From: Ignavibacteria bacterium
Lineage (GTDB): Bacteria > Bacteroidota > Ignavibacteria > Kapaibacteriales > Kapaibacteriaceae
Assembly: GCA_016191145.1 (NCBI GenBank)
Contig: JACPPD010000015.1
Span: forward strand, 7,291 to 71,290
Reading direction: 5' to 3'
Length of the DNA: 64,000 nt
Each line of letters opens with the position of its first letter. The first letter of the stretch is position 1. This document shows, in pieces, positions 27,884 through 37,889 of the stretch. The notes beneath the pieces were generated by a model. It was not told where the DNA came from and did no database searches. It saw only the letters and a program-made list of their open reading frames with translations. Made by a program: the position numbers and the translations under genes.

Positions 27884-29010
27884 TGGCGGCCCCCTGCTGA
27901 CGGTGCCGCCGCTGTAGCTCTACTGTCGTCATAGCTAAAGGGGTCTGTATGCGAAATATTACGTTGTACCGGCTGAGGGATCGACGCCTCTCTTCCGGCA
28001 CGGGATTCTTGAGGCTGACTACCAGATCCATTGTAGACAACGGGAGGCCGTGACGGCATGTCTGCATTAATAGCACCCTGCTCGATACCTTCACGTGTCT
28101 TCGACGTCAGAGCCCGAAATCCTTCTACGATGCTTCTGCCGAGTTCCAGATATTCTGGGACGCGTTCGGCAAAGGAGGCTAGCTTCATCTGTGTCGACTT
28201 CGACGTCGTCTCAAACTCATCCTGAAGACGGTTTTCTGTTTCCTCGGCAACTTCCTCACGTGCCGATTCAAGGGCGCGCTCGTGATCTTGCCGCAGCTGC
28301 GCTAACTCACGCTGATGATCGGTCTTCAGCTGCTCGATTTCCATGCGGTGCATCGTCTGCGTCGTGTCGCGTTCTACCGTCAGGCGTACTTCTTTACGTT
28401 CTACCTCGAGCATTTTCTCCGTGTTCTCATCGATTTTCTTCTGTAGTGCTTGTTTCTCTGCTCTCTCGGCCATCAGTTCCTGCTCTTTACGTGTCAGGTT
28501 GAGCCTGAGGTCGTCGATGATGGCTTGCATGACGTCTTTGATAGATTCACGATTCTCCTGCGGTGATGCCGACGGTGGTGTCACAGGGTGCTGCTGTCCC
28601 CGCGATATAGCGTGGCGCTGTGGCGCGCTGTCACCCATGGACGCTGTCTGTGATGACGACGACGTGGTACGTCTAGGAAGTCCATTTTCCGTAGGTTCCT
28701 CAAACGTCCCTTCATAGACCAACTCACGTACACGCTCGGCAGCGCCTTCTTCCGAGGAACCAGGCATGGCAATCTTATAGAAGTAAAAGGTCCTTTGCGT
28801 CGGGTAGTCCTCAGGATTGACGCGCAAGAAGTCTTCGAACGTTTTGACACTCTTGTCGCGCATGAAGCGCTCGCCGCGCCACGACTGCGAGTACCCCGGC
28901 CAGTTGCCGAGGCGGTTTTTTCCCCACCGTGGGTTTTTATACGCCTCGGCGCGCACGGCGTCATGCGTGAGGATTCCAAATTCATATGTTGCATCTGCTT
29001 CGATAATCAT
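27880..29010 (-). CDS. Coiled-coil protein
   Basis: N-terminal globular region, long E/K/R/Q heptads, disordered tail. Confidence 0.7.
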   Translation of the reverse strand: MIIEADATYEFGILTHDAVRAEAYKNPRWGKNRLGNWPGYSQSWRGERFMRDKSVKTFEDFLRVNPEDYPTQRTFYFYKIAMPGSSEEGAAERVRELVYEGTFEEPTENGLPRRTTSSSSQTASMGDSAPQRHAISRGQQHPVTPPSASPQENRESIKDVMQAIIDDLRLNLTRKEQELMAERAEKQALQKKIDENTEKMLEVERKEVRLTVERDTTQTMHRMEIEQLKTDHQRELAQLRQDHERALESAREEVAEETENRLQDEFETTSKSTQMKLASFAERVPEYLELGRSIVEGFRALTSKTREGIEQGAINADMPSRPPVVYNGSGSQPQESRAGREASIPQPVQRNISHTDPFSYDDSRATAAAPSAGGRQ

Positions 29011-29107
29011 CTGTGGAGTCTTTCCAGTGGTGGGTGTGGTGGTGGTTTTACCGATTATGAACCATCATAATGTGAAAGGTGAGAGTGTGTCTCTGTCTTG
29101 ATGTGCA

Positions 29108-29821
29108 TTACCAGTGTACTCGGAAGGTGATCTCACACATAACAGCATAGGGAACGTATTTGATTGCGCCGGCAGCTGTCCTCACTCTTTGGACACAGCG
29201 CCCGCGCACTTCGATGTTTTTGATGCCTGCGAAGAAGATGGCGTACTTGCGTACGACATTGGTATAGGCCCCTATCGAGCCGAAGCCCTTGTGGCCAGCG
29301 AAGGTTGTGTCGGTAGCCACGCCATAGACGGTTTTGCCGTTGATCGTCACGCGCGGCAGGAACCAGTTCGGCTGCCACTCAGGTGCTACGCCATTCAAAA
29401 AGTTAGACTGTGGAATAATGTTGTTGTCAGTGGCCAGCGACGCCGTGTACGCGGTGTTGACGGCAGCATTCTGGACTCCCGTCGACAGTAGCGCGTCTGT
29501 TCTCTTGGTGTCGAAAATGGCAAAGCTGATCTCCTCAAGGACGATGCCTGAGAGGCGCCGTGCAGCGATAACGTTCGCTTCTGAATTGATCGGTATCAGC
29601 AGGTCAGCGATATCCAGTGGGCTGTCACGGGCGACACCTATTCTTTCCATTTCGTTGAAAAAACCGTCGTGGCTATCAGCAATAATCGCTGGGTCTGTCA
29701 TAGCCAATTCCGGCTTCGATGCCGAGAAATAACGAGCGGTGATGGCCACAGGGTAGTTAGCCACCACAATGTCGGAGAGCTTATTAGTTTCCGCATCCCA
29801 AAGATGATCTGAGAAGCTCAT
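29108..29821 (-). CDS. Beta-rich protein, candidate capsid/penton protein
   Basis: Alternating hydrophobic strands, no TM; adjacent to two similar ORFs. Confidence 0.45.
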   Translation of the reverse strand: MSFSDHLWDAETNKLSDIVVANYPVAITARYFSASKPELAMTDPAIIADSHDGFFNEMERIGVARDSPLDIADLLIPINSEANVIAARRLSGIVLEEISFAIFDTKRTDALLSTGVQNAAVNTAYTASLATDNNIIPQSNFLNGVAPEWQPNWFLPRVTINGKTVYGVATDTTFAGHKGFGSIGAYTNVVRKYAIFFAGIKNIEVRGRCVQRVRTAAGAIKYVPYAVMCEITFRVHW

Positions 29822-30301
29822 TTATCGGACTCCGAGGGGTTTGTCTTCCTCGACGTTGATGATTTCGTAGCCGGCAAATTCGATGTGGAACCGGATGGGT
29901 GCCACGAGACGTGACGCACCATTCGATGTATGTCCAACTTCGACCTTGATATCTTTTTTCTCTGGTAAGATGATACCCTGGTTGCCATCACTGAGCCAGG
30001 AAGCATTGAACAGGTGGACATCCTGCAATGCCTCCGAGAGGTCAGGCCGGCCAGCAATGCTGATGGCAATCTTGACCTGGTCGACGTCGGAGTCCTGTTC
30101 GGTCACACGGTACGTGGAGCCATTGATATCCTGAGCATAGACCGTAACGCCGATGAAGTAGACAAACAAGGTATTGGGGACGTTGATCGTCGTCGGCAGC
30201 GTCGAGTTCACAGACGAAAGGGTCAGCTCCTTGACAGCATAGTATGCTGAATCACGGTCGATGACGATGCGGGGTTTTACGATGACAGAGAGTTGGTTCA
30301 T
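29822..30301 (-). CDS. Candidate small single-jelly-roll capsid protein
   Basis: About eight predicted strands, ending QGIILPEKKDIKVEV...IRFHIEFAGYEI. Confidence 0.5.
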   Translation of the reverse strand: MNQLSVIVKPRIVIDRDSAYYAVKELTLSSVNSTLPTTINVPNTLFVYFIGVTVYAQDINGSTYRVTEQDSDVDQVKIAISIAGRPDLSEALQDVHLFNASWLSDGNQGIILPEKKDIKVEVGHTSNGASRLVAPIRFHIEFAGYEIINVEEDKPLGVR

Positions 30302-30596
30302 TGTGGTATTGGCCTGCGTTTTTGAGAGGGTGAGGGTATTAGTATTGTGTTCACCGGCATGTGTGCATAGTCGCTCGTTGGTGGGATCCCATTGTCAAGA
30401 AGATCTCAGCCGAGAGACCACGCTCGCGTGGCTGAAAGTGTCCCACCACAGTTCACCTTCAGCCACTTGATGCGAGGGTGGTTAGAAAACAAGACCTGCA
30501 CGAAGCCAGGAAGAGGGGCGTGTGCGTGTAGTCATGGGGGTTCTGCATGACGACGCTGCACATACGCTTGCGACCTCTCTGCGTGCATTTCGAAGA
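30302..30596 (-). ncRNA. Structured intergenic RNA candidate (two long hairpins plus possible pseudoknot)
   Basis: Stems 30417-30482 and 30497-30587; loop 30441-30448 is complementary to 30379-30386. Confidence 0.5.
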
Positions 30597-31253
30597 TTAC
30601 ACCTGTGTGAACTGACGCGTCAGCATGCTCAGCTTGATCCAGTAGGCAGCACCGACGCCTGCTGGCACTATCGGTGTCTCAGCAGCCGCGCTGGCTTGCA
30701 CCGTAAAACCATTGGGGATGTGCAAGACAGGTTCCAGGATCGTCCCAGCGCCATAGCGGATGGGGTTTTTGAGCATCAGAAACTGCTGTACCTTCGCGTC
30801 GACGGTGACGTCGTTGCCGTCGACGACCGAAGACCAGCCAACCAAGTCGCTGAGCGAAGCGGTAAAGACATCGGAACGACCGCGATACTTGATCTTGAGC
30901 GTCGAGAGTGACTCAAACAACTGCTGCTGCTCGTTGGCCAGGCCAGCGTCGGTGAGAGTCTGCTTCAGGCAGTGGTCGATGCGAAAGCCGAGGATGTCCA
31001 TCGCTACGCCGTTTATCGGGAAAGCCATCGTCGAGAGGTCAGTGTTCTGGGCGTTGCCGTTGAAAAACTGTAGCGTAGATGGAAACCCGACACCTGGAAC
31101 GAGCGTGATGACTGAGTGCTCGATCTTCCGTTCATATTGGTAGAACTTGGCGCCCGATTTTGGGCCACCGTGGTTTTCCAGGGCGTCTTTTGTTTCCTGG
31201 GCGAATAAGTTGAAGTCTTCCGAGGAAGCCTGCTGCGGATATTGTTGAGCCAT
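30597..31253 (-). CDS. Candidate major single-jelly-roll capsid protein
   Basis: 218 aa, beta-rich: TLQFF, DILGFRID, LKNPIRY...LEPVLHIP, WIKLSML; preceded and followed by intergenic gaps. Confidence 0.5.
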   Translation of the reverse strand: MAQQYPQQASSEDFNLFAQETKDALENHGGPKSGAKFYQYERKIEHSVITLVPGVGFPSTLQFFNGNAQNTDLSTMAFPINGVAMDILGFRIDHCLKQTLTDAGLANEQQQLFESLSTLKIKYRGRSDVFTASLSDLVGWSSVVDGNDVTVDAKVQQFLMLKNPIRYGAGTILEPVLHIPNGFTVQASAAAETPIVPAGVGAAYWIKLSMLTRQFTQV

Positions 31254-31369
31254 GACTATGGTCTTTCGTGAAAGGTTGTGAAATAGAAGCCTGTGTAGGT
31301 GTCAGCATCACGGGCATCACTCTCACGCCATAGCTCTCCTGTGTAGGTCTGTGCGTGTGTGTTGTGTTA

Positions 31370-32110
31370 TTACATCATATCAGCATATTGCTCATAGTTA
31401 GGGTCGCCGCCGAAGTCGTTGTCGCCAAGGCGTTGTATGTAGTCATCCATCGTCAGGCGCTCGTCTTCATTGATAGACTGTGTGTAGTCAGCCATAGCTG
31501 GGTTTTCAGGACCCTGCTCGAGCCTATCCTGGTAATCAGCCAATGACGTGCCTCCCATCCTCTCTACGTATTCGCTGAGGGCTGTAGACTTCGACTCCGG
31601 TAGAAGTTTTCTGGGTGGACTGGTGATGACGGGGAAACGTCTTCCACCTACGTCGACAAAGGAGACCCTGCCGTTGGCAACATCCTCACCAAGGGCGTTG
31701 GGTGCCGGCTGTCCTCCTAAGTCCTTCGCTGTCGGATCCCACCGCCAGAGGTATGTCTTCAGAGCGGGGTACACAATTTGGCCGTTCAACTTGGTCCACA
31801 TCCAGTGGCCAAAGAAGGCGGCAATCGTTCCGGCCGTCACTGCCGGCGCCCATGACCCGAAGCCTGCTGCCAGAGAACCGGCCAAGAGGCCCGTGGCTAT
31901 GCCCTTCCATCCCGACATATCGGTTTTGAAGAACTTTTGAATCGCCGTGGGTACTAAGGCGTAGACAGCTACTCCTAGGAACAGACCACCGATGTCACGT
32001 AACGAGTTTTTGTCTGTATAGACCTTGGCGATGTTAGCCATGAACTTCTGTCCCTGGCGTGTGGCCTTGGTAGATCGGAACGAAGTCGTTCTGTTTTTTC
32101 GTTTCTTCAT
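31370..32110 (-). CDS. Membrane protein with basic N-terminus and acidic [LM]x[DE]Y repeats
   Basis: MKKRKNR, 2-3 hydrophobic segments, LSEY/LADY/MADY/MDDY tail. Confidence 0.7.
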   Translation of the reverse strand: MKKRKNRTTSFRSTKATRQGQKFMANIAKVYTDKNSLRDIGGLFLGVAVYALVPTAIQKFFKTDMSGWKGIATGLLAGSLAAGFGSWAPAVTAGTIAAFFGHWMWTKLNGQIVYPALKTYLWRWDPTAKDLGGQPAPNALGEDVANGRVSFVDVGGRRFPVITSPPRKLLPESKSTALSEYVERMGGTSLADYQDRLEQGPENPAMADYTQSINEDERLTMDDYIQRLGDNDFGGDPNYEQYADMM

Positions 32111-32114
32111 GATA

Positions 32115-32546
32115 TTAATTTCCTCCTTTCCTCAGCTTGCGCGACACGAACCATGTCACAGCGACAGTGCCAAGTGTCCACAAGACTGATTTCTTCCAGA
32201 ACCAGACGCCGACGCCAGCCACGAGCGGTGACCATGTGATGATCTTCGCCTTCAGCGATGATGTCGTCGTGGGAACCGGTTTCTCCGGTGCTTGCACCGA
32301 GACAGACTGCGACGTGCCGCCGGCAGGAACGGTCCCCGAGCCGGCAGGTGTGCTGCCTGTGAGGTTTTGAAGTCCTGTTTTGATTAACGACGACGCTGAC
32401 TCTCCGGCTGTCTGCGTAGCCGTCTTCAGGACACCCGAAGCTGCTTGCTCCAGGTCCTGAACGATCGTGTCGATATTAAGAGCTTCAGAAAGGTGATCCC
32501 CCGCTGACAGCGAGGTCAGATATGGGGATTGATGCATACTCATCAT
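32115..32546 (-). CDS. Small membrane protein with C-terminal TM hairpin
   Basis: S/T/G-rich linker, two short TM segments, RKLRK tail. Confidence 0.7.
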   Translation of the reverse strand: MMSMHQSPYLTSLSAGDHLSEALNIDTIVQDLEQAASGVLKTATQTAGESASSLIKTGLQNLTGSTPAGSGTVPAGGTSQSVSVQAPEKPVPTTTSSLKAKIITWSPLVAGVGVWFWKKSVLWTLGTVAVTWFVSRKLRKGGN

Positions 32547-32570
32547 AACTCCAGTGAAAGTGAGATCATG

Positions 32571-35500
32571 TTAACAATTTTCGCATTCTGGATCAAGCCC
32601 TTGTGGGGGCCCTGCCGGAAGTACGATGGGATATCTGTTGAAAATCCGCTCATGGCGCTCTATGTACGCTGGGCAGTCAGGACAGTTCGTACCTCCACCT
32701 GGCAGCCTACTCGTGTAGGAAGACTCCTGGCGGGTGCTTCCTGTCTTGCTCACGTCCTCAACAACGGCTGTTGCCTGCTGTTGCCGCTGTGAGGCTAGCT
32801 CTTCGATGCGTGAACGCATCGCCGCCAGCTGCTGTAACACGGCTTCGAAGCCTGTCTGCGTCTGAGGCTCTCGCGACAAGAGCAAGTCAATCTTTTGTGA
32901 CAGCGTTTCTGCCGAGCGGTCTTTAAGAAGTCGATCTATCGCCGCCACCAGGTCCGTGTCGTCATAGGCTGCCGCATCACGGACAGCTTGCAGGATCGTG
33001 TCGAGTTTTGCTTCGAGAGCGCGCGTGTCTACCGTTGCCGTCACGACGCCGCCACCCTGACTTAAGCGCTCGAGGATCTGCGTCATCATCTGACGCAACT
33101 CGACGATGCTGTTGCTGTTAGTGACGGCTTCAGCGATGGCCGTCGTGTCGCAGACGAGTCGCTGCTGCCCTTGCGAAGAAGTCGTGGCGCCCCCTTCGGC
33201 AGTGCTCTCCTGGCCCGAGGTGAAGGATGTCAGCAACGTGTCGATGCGGCTTACCAAGGCGACGATGTCACGCCGCGACTCCATCGTCGTTGCTGATATC
33301 GCCGTCAGCATGAGGCGCAACTCCGTGAGGTCGCATGTTGTCGACGCCGTAGCATTCCGCTCGATGATGCTACGTAGTTCTGAGCGGTGCGTCTCCAGCA
33401 GTGTTTCTATGGCGCTGAGGTCATCACGCTGTCCCGTGGCCAGCGCTGTCTCGCGTGCCATGACAAGCGTTTGCAACAGCGTGGTATGTTCTTCCATCTG
33501 TCGGCGCAGTTCACGGAAGCCTGTTTCGACAGCTGTCTGCACTTCTCTGAGCGACGAACGGACGTCAGGCAGCAGGCGCAGGATCTCGCGTAGTTCGCCG
33601 ACAGCCGAGCGCAGGACACTATCGGTACATGTGCAGGCCTCGGCCACGACGGTGGCTGTCGACGCTGTGGCCGTCTCTGGCACCGATACCGTCTGCTGAC
33701 GATCTCTCTCGACAAGGATACGTACGAGCTCCACGAGGCGTGTGAGCTCACGCTCTATCGCTGTGGTGTCCAGCGCCGTTCCCGAGATGACAATTTCGCG
33801 CAGCTCGCGGATGAGCTCTGTCTGCGTCTGTAGCTCCGTGCGCAGTGTTTCGGTGTCCATGACCGTCACGCGTGAGTCGATGTATGCCGTCAGTTGCTCA
33901 ATCGTCTCGCGGTAGAGCTTCTGCGTAGCCTGCATTTCTCTGAGTACCGTTTCCAGAACTGTCGTATCAGTTTGACTCGTCGTCGTTCCGGCTGTTGACG
34001 TCGAAGATGACGCTCCACTGGTGTCACCTTTTTTGGTAAGGATATCAAGGATGGCATCTACTTTTTTCTGCAACAGCGTGTCATCATATTGAACCACAGA
34101 ACGCTGGAGGAGGGCTTCAATTTTCGAGAGCTCCGTGAGCACTTCCGAGTTATCACAGGGGCTCGTTGGGACGATGCTTTCGATGATGCGTTCCAGGCGT
34201 GAAATAGACGTCTGGAGTGTTTCGAGGTCTGCTGCCTGCCCTTGTGTTACCTCCGGTGACGACGCTGCAACAGTCCCTGCCTGTGTCGTCGTCGTCAGCG
34301 TCGTCGTAGGTATCTGCGGCAGGTTCTCGGAATTCATAGCCTGGACGACAAGCTGTGGCAGCTGCCTAAGAATTTTGATGACAGGGTTAAGGTCACAGCA
34401 TGGTCGCAGCGGTGCCACACCTGGCGGCAATTCTTCTGTGGGAACGCCCAGGTCAAAGACAACTTCGTCTCTAGGAGCTGAGGAGGCCGTCGTCGTCGTG
34501 CTGGTGGCCGTCGACTGCTGACGCCACTGAAGGGTCAGGTCGGCAATAGATTTCTGCAACTCGACGAGCTTTGCATCGATGGCACGAATCTCCGGGCAGC
34601 AGATAGCCGTCGCCTGTGTCTGCCTCACAGCTGGCGCCTCACGTGTAGGGCAGCATCCCACACTCAGGAAGAGCCACTCCCCGCCAATATTGGCTGTCCA
34701 GCGTCCCTGGCCATCGCGACGTGCTTCATAGCGACCAGCACATCCATCGGCATTCGATGCCGTTTCGCTGACGCCACCGGGAGAGATAGGCTGCCCTTGC
34801 TGCGAGCGTGTCGCTTCAAAGGCGCTTGACGTCGGCTGCTCTGCCGTCATCGCCTGCGGCAGCGTCGGCGCCAGTACCCAGTCGTTACCTGAAGGCATGA
34901 GGTCCTGCACCTTAAAGTCTGACCACTCCGTACTTCCAACCGGACGTGTGGCTACGACGAGGTAGGGTCCCCCATTTTGGTTCACAAGCTGTATCGACGC
35001 CGTCTCGAGTGTCGTTTGTCGGCAGGCAGGGGGCTCACAGTATTGAAATGTGGAAGGCGAAAGCTGTATGACGCATGGCGGCAGCACCGATGTCTCACTG
35101 CCGGCATCAGCGCCACCGCTGCCTGACGGCTGTGACGTCTCCCCTGACGTCTTGCCGCCGGATGTGGTGACGACGCCGCTGCATGTCTGAGTACCGATGC
35201 ATACGGCGATCTCACGTGCCATACACTCACGTTTGTCCTTGGCAATAGTCATCGGCACGTCGAAGGCCCACTTCTGGCGAGCGAAGTCCTCAGCCTGGTA
35301 TAGCAGTGAGTCCATCGTGAGTTGGTCGAGGGCTCCATCGATGATGCGGCGCCCCGAGGCTACCGATGCCATGGCGTTGTGGACGGTGGCGTCGGTGACG
35401 TCGCTCAGCCATGTTGCAGGTAACGATAGCAGGCGCCCGAAGATGTCTTGTGACCCTGCCTTGGTTTGAATGATGCTCGGGTCAGGACTCGTGGTCAGCA

Positions 35501-37889
35501 GACTCTGAATAACTGAGATGCGCGCCGCCGAGGGCGTGCCGCCACTGGTCAACATCGACGAGAAGAGGGAGTCGATACCACTTTCTAATACTTGTAGGTT
35601 TCCTATGGTGTTCGTTGCCATGCCGTCAGCAAAATTTGAGATTGCCCCACGGACGTCAGCAAGCGCACCGCTGGCAATACGGTTTAGTTCGGCAAAGGCA
35701 TTAGACGTCCATTTTATTTCGTCAGCGAACGCTTCGGCAGCTAGGTCTGTGAGCTCTGGGACTGCGGTGTTGATGGCCGAGGCGATGTTAAAAACTTTCT
35801 GCGGGAACGGTCCAGGTTTGTTGAATACCGTTGTTACACGGTAAGCACCGTCGGCATAACGCGCCATATCCTGGTAGACTGCTTTGTCGACGCCGAACAG
35901 GGCACCGCCTTTGTCGCCGGCAAGTGTTGCCAATGACGTCCCCAACTGGGCCAGGAATCCAAAGGCATTGAGAATATCGATAGAACCCTGCCGGTACGCT
36001 TTCTGGGCTGTCTGAAGTGCTGAGGCTACGACCGTCCCTGCACCAGGGATAACGAGATTCAGCGCCCCTCCGAGGATACCTGCCAGCCCAGCGATGATGT
36101 CAATACCACTTTGTGGCTCACCGGTGAACACGATGACGACGGTGCGATTTTTGAGGGCATCGGCGCGTTTTTCGAGCTCTGTCAGCAGCTTGAACAGAGA
36201 GAGTTCCGGAACGGTTTCGGCTGGTGAGTTCGGGCTAAGGCGACGTGTTCCCATACGCAGCGAGGCTGCGACAGCGCCGAGGCTGTCACGGCTTATCTGG
36301 GTAGCCCATGTCCACTCATCGGGCGCAAACATCTGGGCGATACGTTCAGCATAACCACCACCGACGCCACCGGGCAGTGCCGTACGGTCAATCGTGATGC
36401 GATACGGGTTAGGTCCCCAGAGTTGCAAACGCTCGGCAATGTTATAGAGCATCGACGTTTCCACTAGCGGCATAACCGTTACGGCCCCTGCCTTCATCAT
36501 CGGGAACTGTGCATGGGCCTCCTGGTAGCGCTGTGTGTAGCCGCGACTCGAAAAATCCTCTATCTTGATCGCAGAGCTCATGAGGGCCTCGCGGGCGCCG
36601 CGGTCAGCTCTGACGTCGTCCATCGTCAGGATGGAACCTGTACCGATGCGCAACGTCGTGGCAGCTGAGTCACAACATCCTTTGATGATATACTCAGGAC
36701 AGGGTTTTCCTACAGGCTGGTTAGGACTAGTCTGTGTCGTCGTCGTCCCCGTGCCGGCGCTCTTCCAGCGGACGTAGCAGCCTCCGACGGAAAACTCACG
36801 TCCCTCTTTGGGATATTTCGTTGTCTCGACAAGGTTGTAATCGCCGGCCTTAAGGGAGACAAGTTTTCTGCCCGCTTCAGTTTGAATTTCGGCTATAACG
36901 TCAGTTGTTAACCTCCACGGTGAGTATCCTGTCGTGTCGTTAGGTTTCGGAATGTTGGCACATGTTGTCGTTGACCCTTGCGGCGGCGGCGGCGGTGGCG
37001 AGACGCTTTGCTTCAGGCGTATCGGCACCTTGACGTCGAGGCAAAGCGTAACATCGTCGTCGAACTCATCAACAGGTTCACACAACGCTGACAGGTTGGC
37101 GAAGTACCACCCCGACGGGCGATGGTTGCCATAGGCAGCAGCGCGTGACGAGATAACCCAAGCGCGGTCGTCCAAGTCGGTGTATCCTGTCGCTGTATAG
37201 CGCACGAGGGCAAATCCAAGCCTATTAGTGCCGTTGCCTGTCGTCGAGGCGTTGGCCTCAATTGTCTCTATCCAATTGTCCGTCTCTCGTTTGGCAGTGA
37301 TGACGATGCCGGCATGGTTGGTCTTACCGTTGTCGGACTGCCTCATGAACAGGGCACCTACCGTAGGGTCACGGCTCAGCTGATCGGGGACAAGCCTGTA
37401 GAGCTCTTCGAGGGTGTCGTAGACATTCCCATACAGTGTCCGCTCTTTGTTGGCGCTTGTCGGACTCGGCGTCGTCGGCACGAGAATGCCTTGACAGGGG
37501 GCGCCATGGCGCTGTGCAATGGCCTGCGCCTGGTTCAGGATGAGAGAGGCCCCGACCATGCAGTAGTACCCATAATTACCATAGGGATGGTAACATGCCC
37601 ACAGATCAGTGATCCACCGGTCTGAGTTGTTCGTTGTAGCCTCTTCAAATCCAGCATCGGCATAGGCTACAGCCAGCAGGACAATGAGGCGCTGCATGAC
37701 CGACACGTCATCCCCCAGTGGCGCTGCGGCAACAGTTGACGCCGAAAGCCCAGATGGACGCTGCTGCCCACTCACCGGCAATCGTCGTTGCATCGTTTCA
37801 AACCGTTGTATCACGCTGTCGGGAGTGAACTGAGCGTTGTCATGGCGAAAGGATGGTTCATAGCGGTGCATCATCGGTGTCATGTCCAC
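32571..37889 (-). CDS. Giant protein: N-terminal CHAP-like domain, helical hydrophobic middle, segmented coiled-coil
   Basis: YYCMVG...NHAGIV...TIEAN (C-H-E); repeated xDTxxL coiled-coil segments. Confidence 0.8.
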   Translation of the reverse strand: MDMTPMMHRYEPSFRHDNAQFTPDSVIQRFETMQRRLPVSGQQRPSGLSASTVAAAPLGDDVSVMQRLIVLLAVAYADAGFEEATTNNSDRWITDLWACYHPYGNYGYYCMVGASLILNQAQAIAQRHGAPCQGILVPTTPSPTSANKERTLYGNVYDTLEELYRLVPDQLSRDPTVGALFMRQSDNGKTNHAGIVITAKRETDNWIETIEANASTTGNGTNRLGFALVRYTATGYTDLDDRAWVISSRAAAYGNHRPSGWYFANLSALCEPVDEFDDDVTLCLDVKVPIRLKQSVSPPPPPPQGSTTTCANIPKPNDTTGYSPWRLTTDVIAEIQTEAGRKLVSLKAGDYNLVETTKYPKEGREFSVGGCYVRWKSAGTGTTTTQTSPNQPVGKPCPEYIIKGCCDSAATTLRIGTGSILTMDDVRADRGAREALMSSAIKIEDFSSRGYTQRYQEAHAQFPMMKAGAVTVMPLVETSMLYNIAERLQLWGPNPYRITIDRTALPGGVGGGYAERIAQMFAPDEWTWATQISRDSLGAVAASLRMGTRRLSPNSPAETVPELSLFKLLTELEKRADALKNRTVVIVFTGEPQSGIDIIAGLAGILGGALNLVIPGAGTVVASALQTAQKAYRQGSIDILNAFGFLAQLGTSLATLAGDKGGALFGVDKAVYQDMARYADGAYRVTTVFNKPGPFPQKVFNIASAINTAVPELTDLAAEAFADEIKWTSNAFAELNRIASGALADVRGAISNFADGMATNTIGNLQVLESGIDSLFSSMLTSGGTPSAARISVIQSLLTTSPDPSIIQTKAGSQDIFGRLLSLPATWLSDVTDATVHNAMASVASGRRIIDGALDQLTMDSLLYQAEDFARQKWAFDVPMTIAKDKRECMAREIAVCIGTQTCSGVVTTSGGKTSGETSQPSGSGGADAGSETSVLPPCVIQLSPSTFQYCEPPACRQTTLETASIQLVNQNGGPYLVVATRPVGSTEWSDFKVQDLMPSGNDWVLAPTLPQAMTAEQPTSSAFEATRSQQGQPISPGGVSETASNADGCAGRYEARRDGQGRWTANIGGEWLFLSVGCCPTREAPAVRQTQATAICCPEIRAIDAKLVELQKSIADLTLQWRQQSTATSTTTTASSAPRDEVVFDLGVPTEELPPGVAPLRPCCDLNPVIKILRQLPQLVVQAMNSENLPQIPTTTLTTTTQAGTVAASSPEVTQGQAADLETLQTSISRLERIIESIVPTSPCDNSEVLTELSKIEALLQRSVVQYDDTLLQKKVDAILDILTKKGDTSGASSSTSTAGTTTSQTDTTVLETVLREMQATQKLYRETIEQLTAYIDSRVTVMDTETLRTELQTQTELIRELREIVISGTALDTTAIERELTRLVELVRILVERDRQQTVSVPETATASTATVVAEACTCTDSVLRSAVGELREILRLLPDVRSSLREVQTAVETGFRELRRQMEEHTTLLQTLVMARETALATGQRDDLSAIETLLETHRSELRSIIERNATASTTCDLTELRLMLTAISATTMESRRDIVALVSRIDTLLTSFTSGQESTAEGGATTSSQGQQRLVCDTTAIAEAVTNSNSIVELRQMMTQILERLSQGGGVVTATVDTRALEAKLDTILQAVRDAAAYDDTDLVAAIDRLLKDRSAETLSQKIDLLLSREPQTQTGFEAVLQQLAAMRSRIEELASQRQQQATAVVEDVSKTGSTRQESSYTSRLPGGGTNCPDCPAYIERHERIFNRYPIVLPAGPPQGLDPECENC

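Noticed and set aside
30302-30596. Hammerhead ribozyme or known riboswitch
   Set aside because: I did not find the CUGANGA/GAAA core or a recognisable aptamer consensus on either strand
33106-37625. Numerous plus-strand ORFs opposite the giant gene
   Set aside because: Antisense shadows typical of GC-rich coding DNA; no motifs
32571-37889. Siphophage tape-measure protein
   Set aside because: No flanking tail tube, chaperone or baseplate genes; Cys-rich segmented architecture differs
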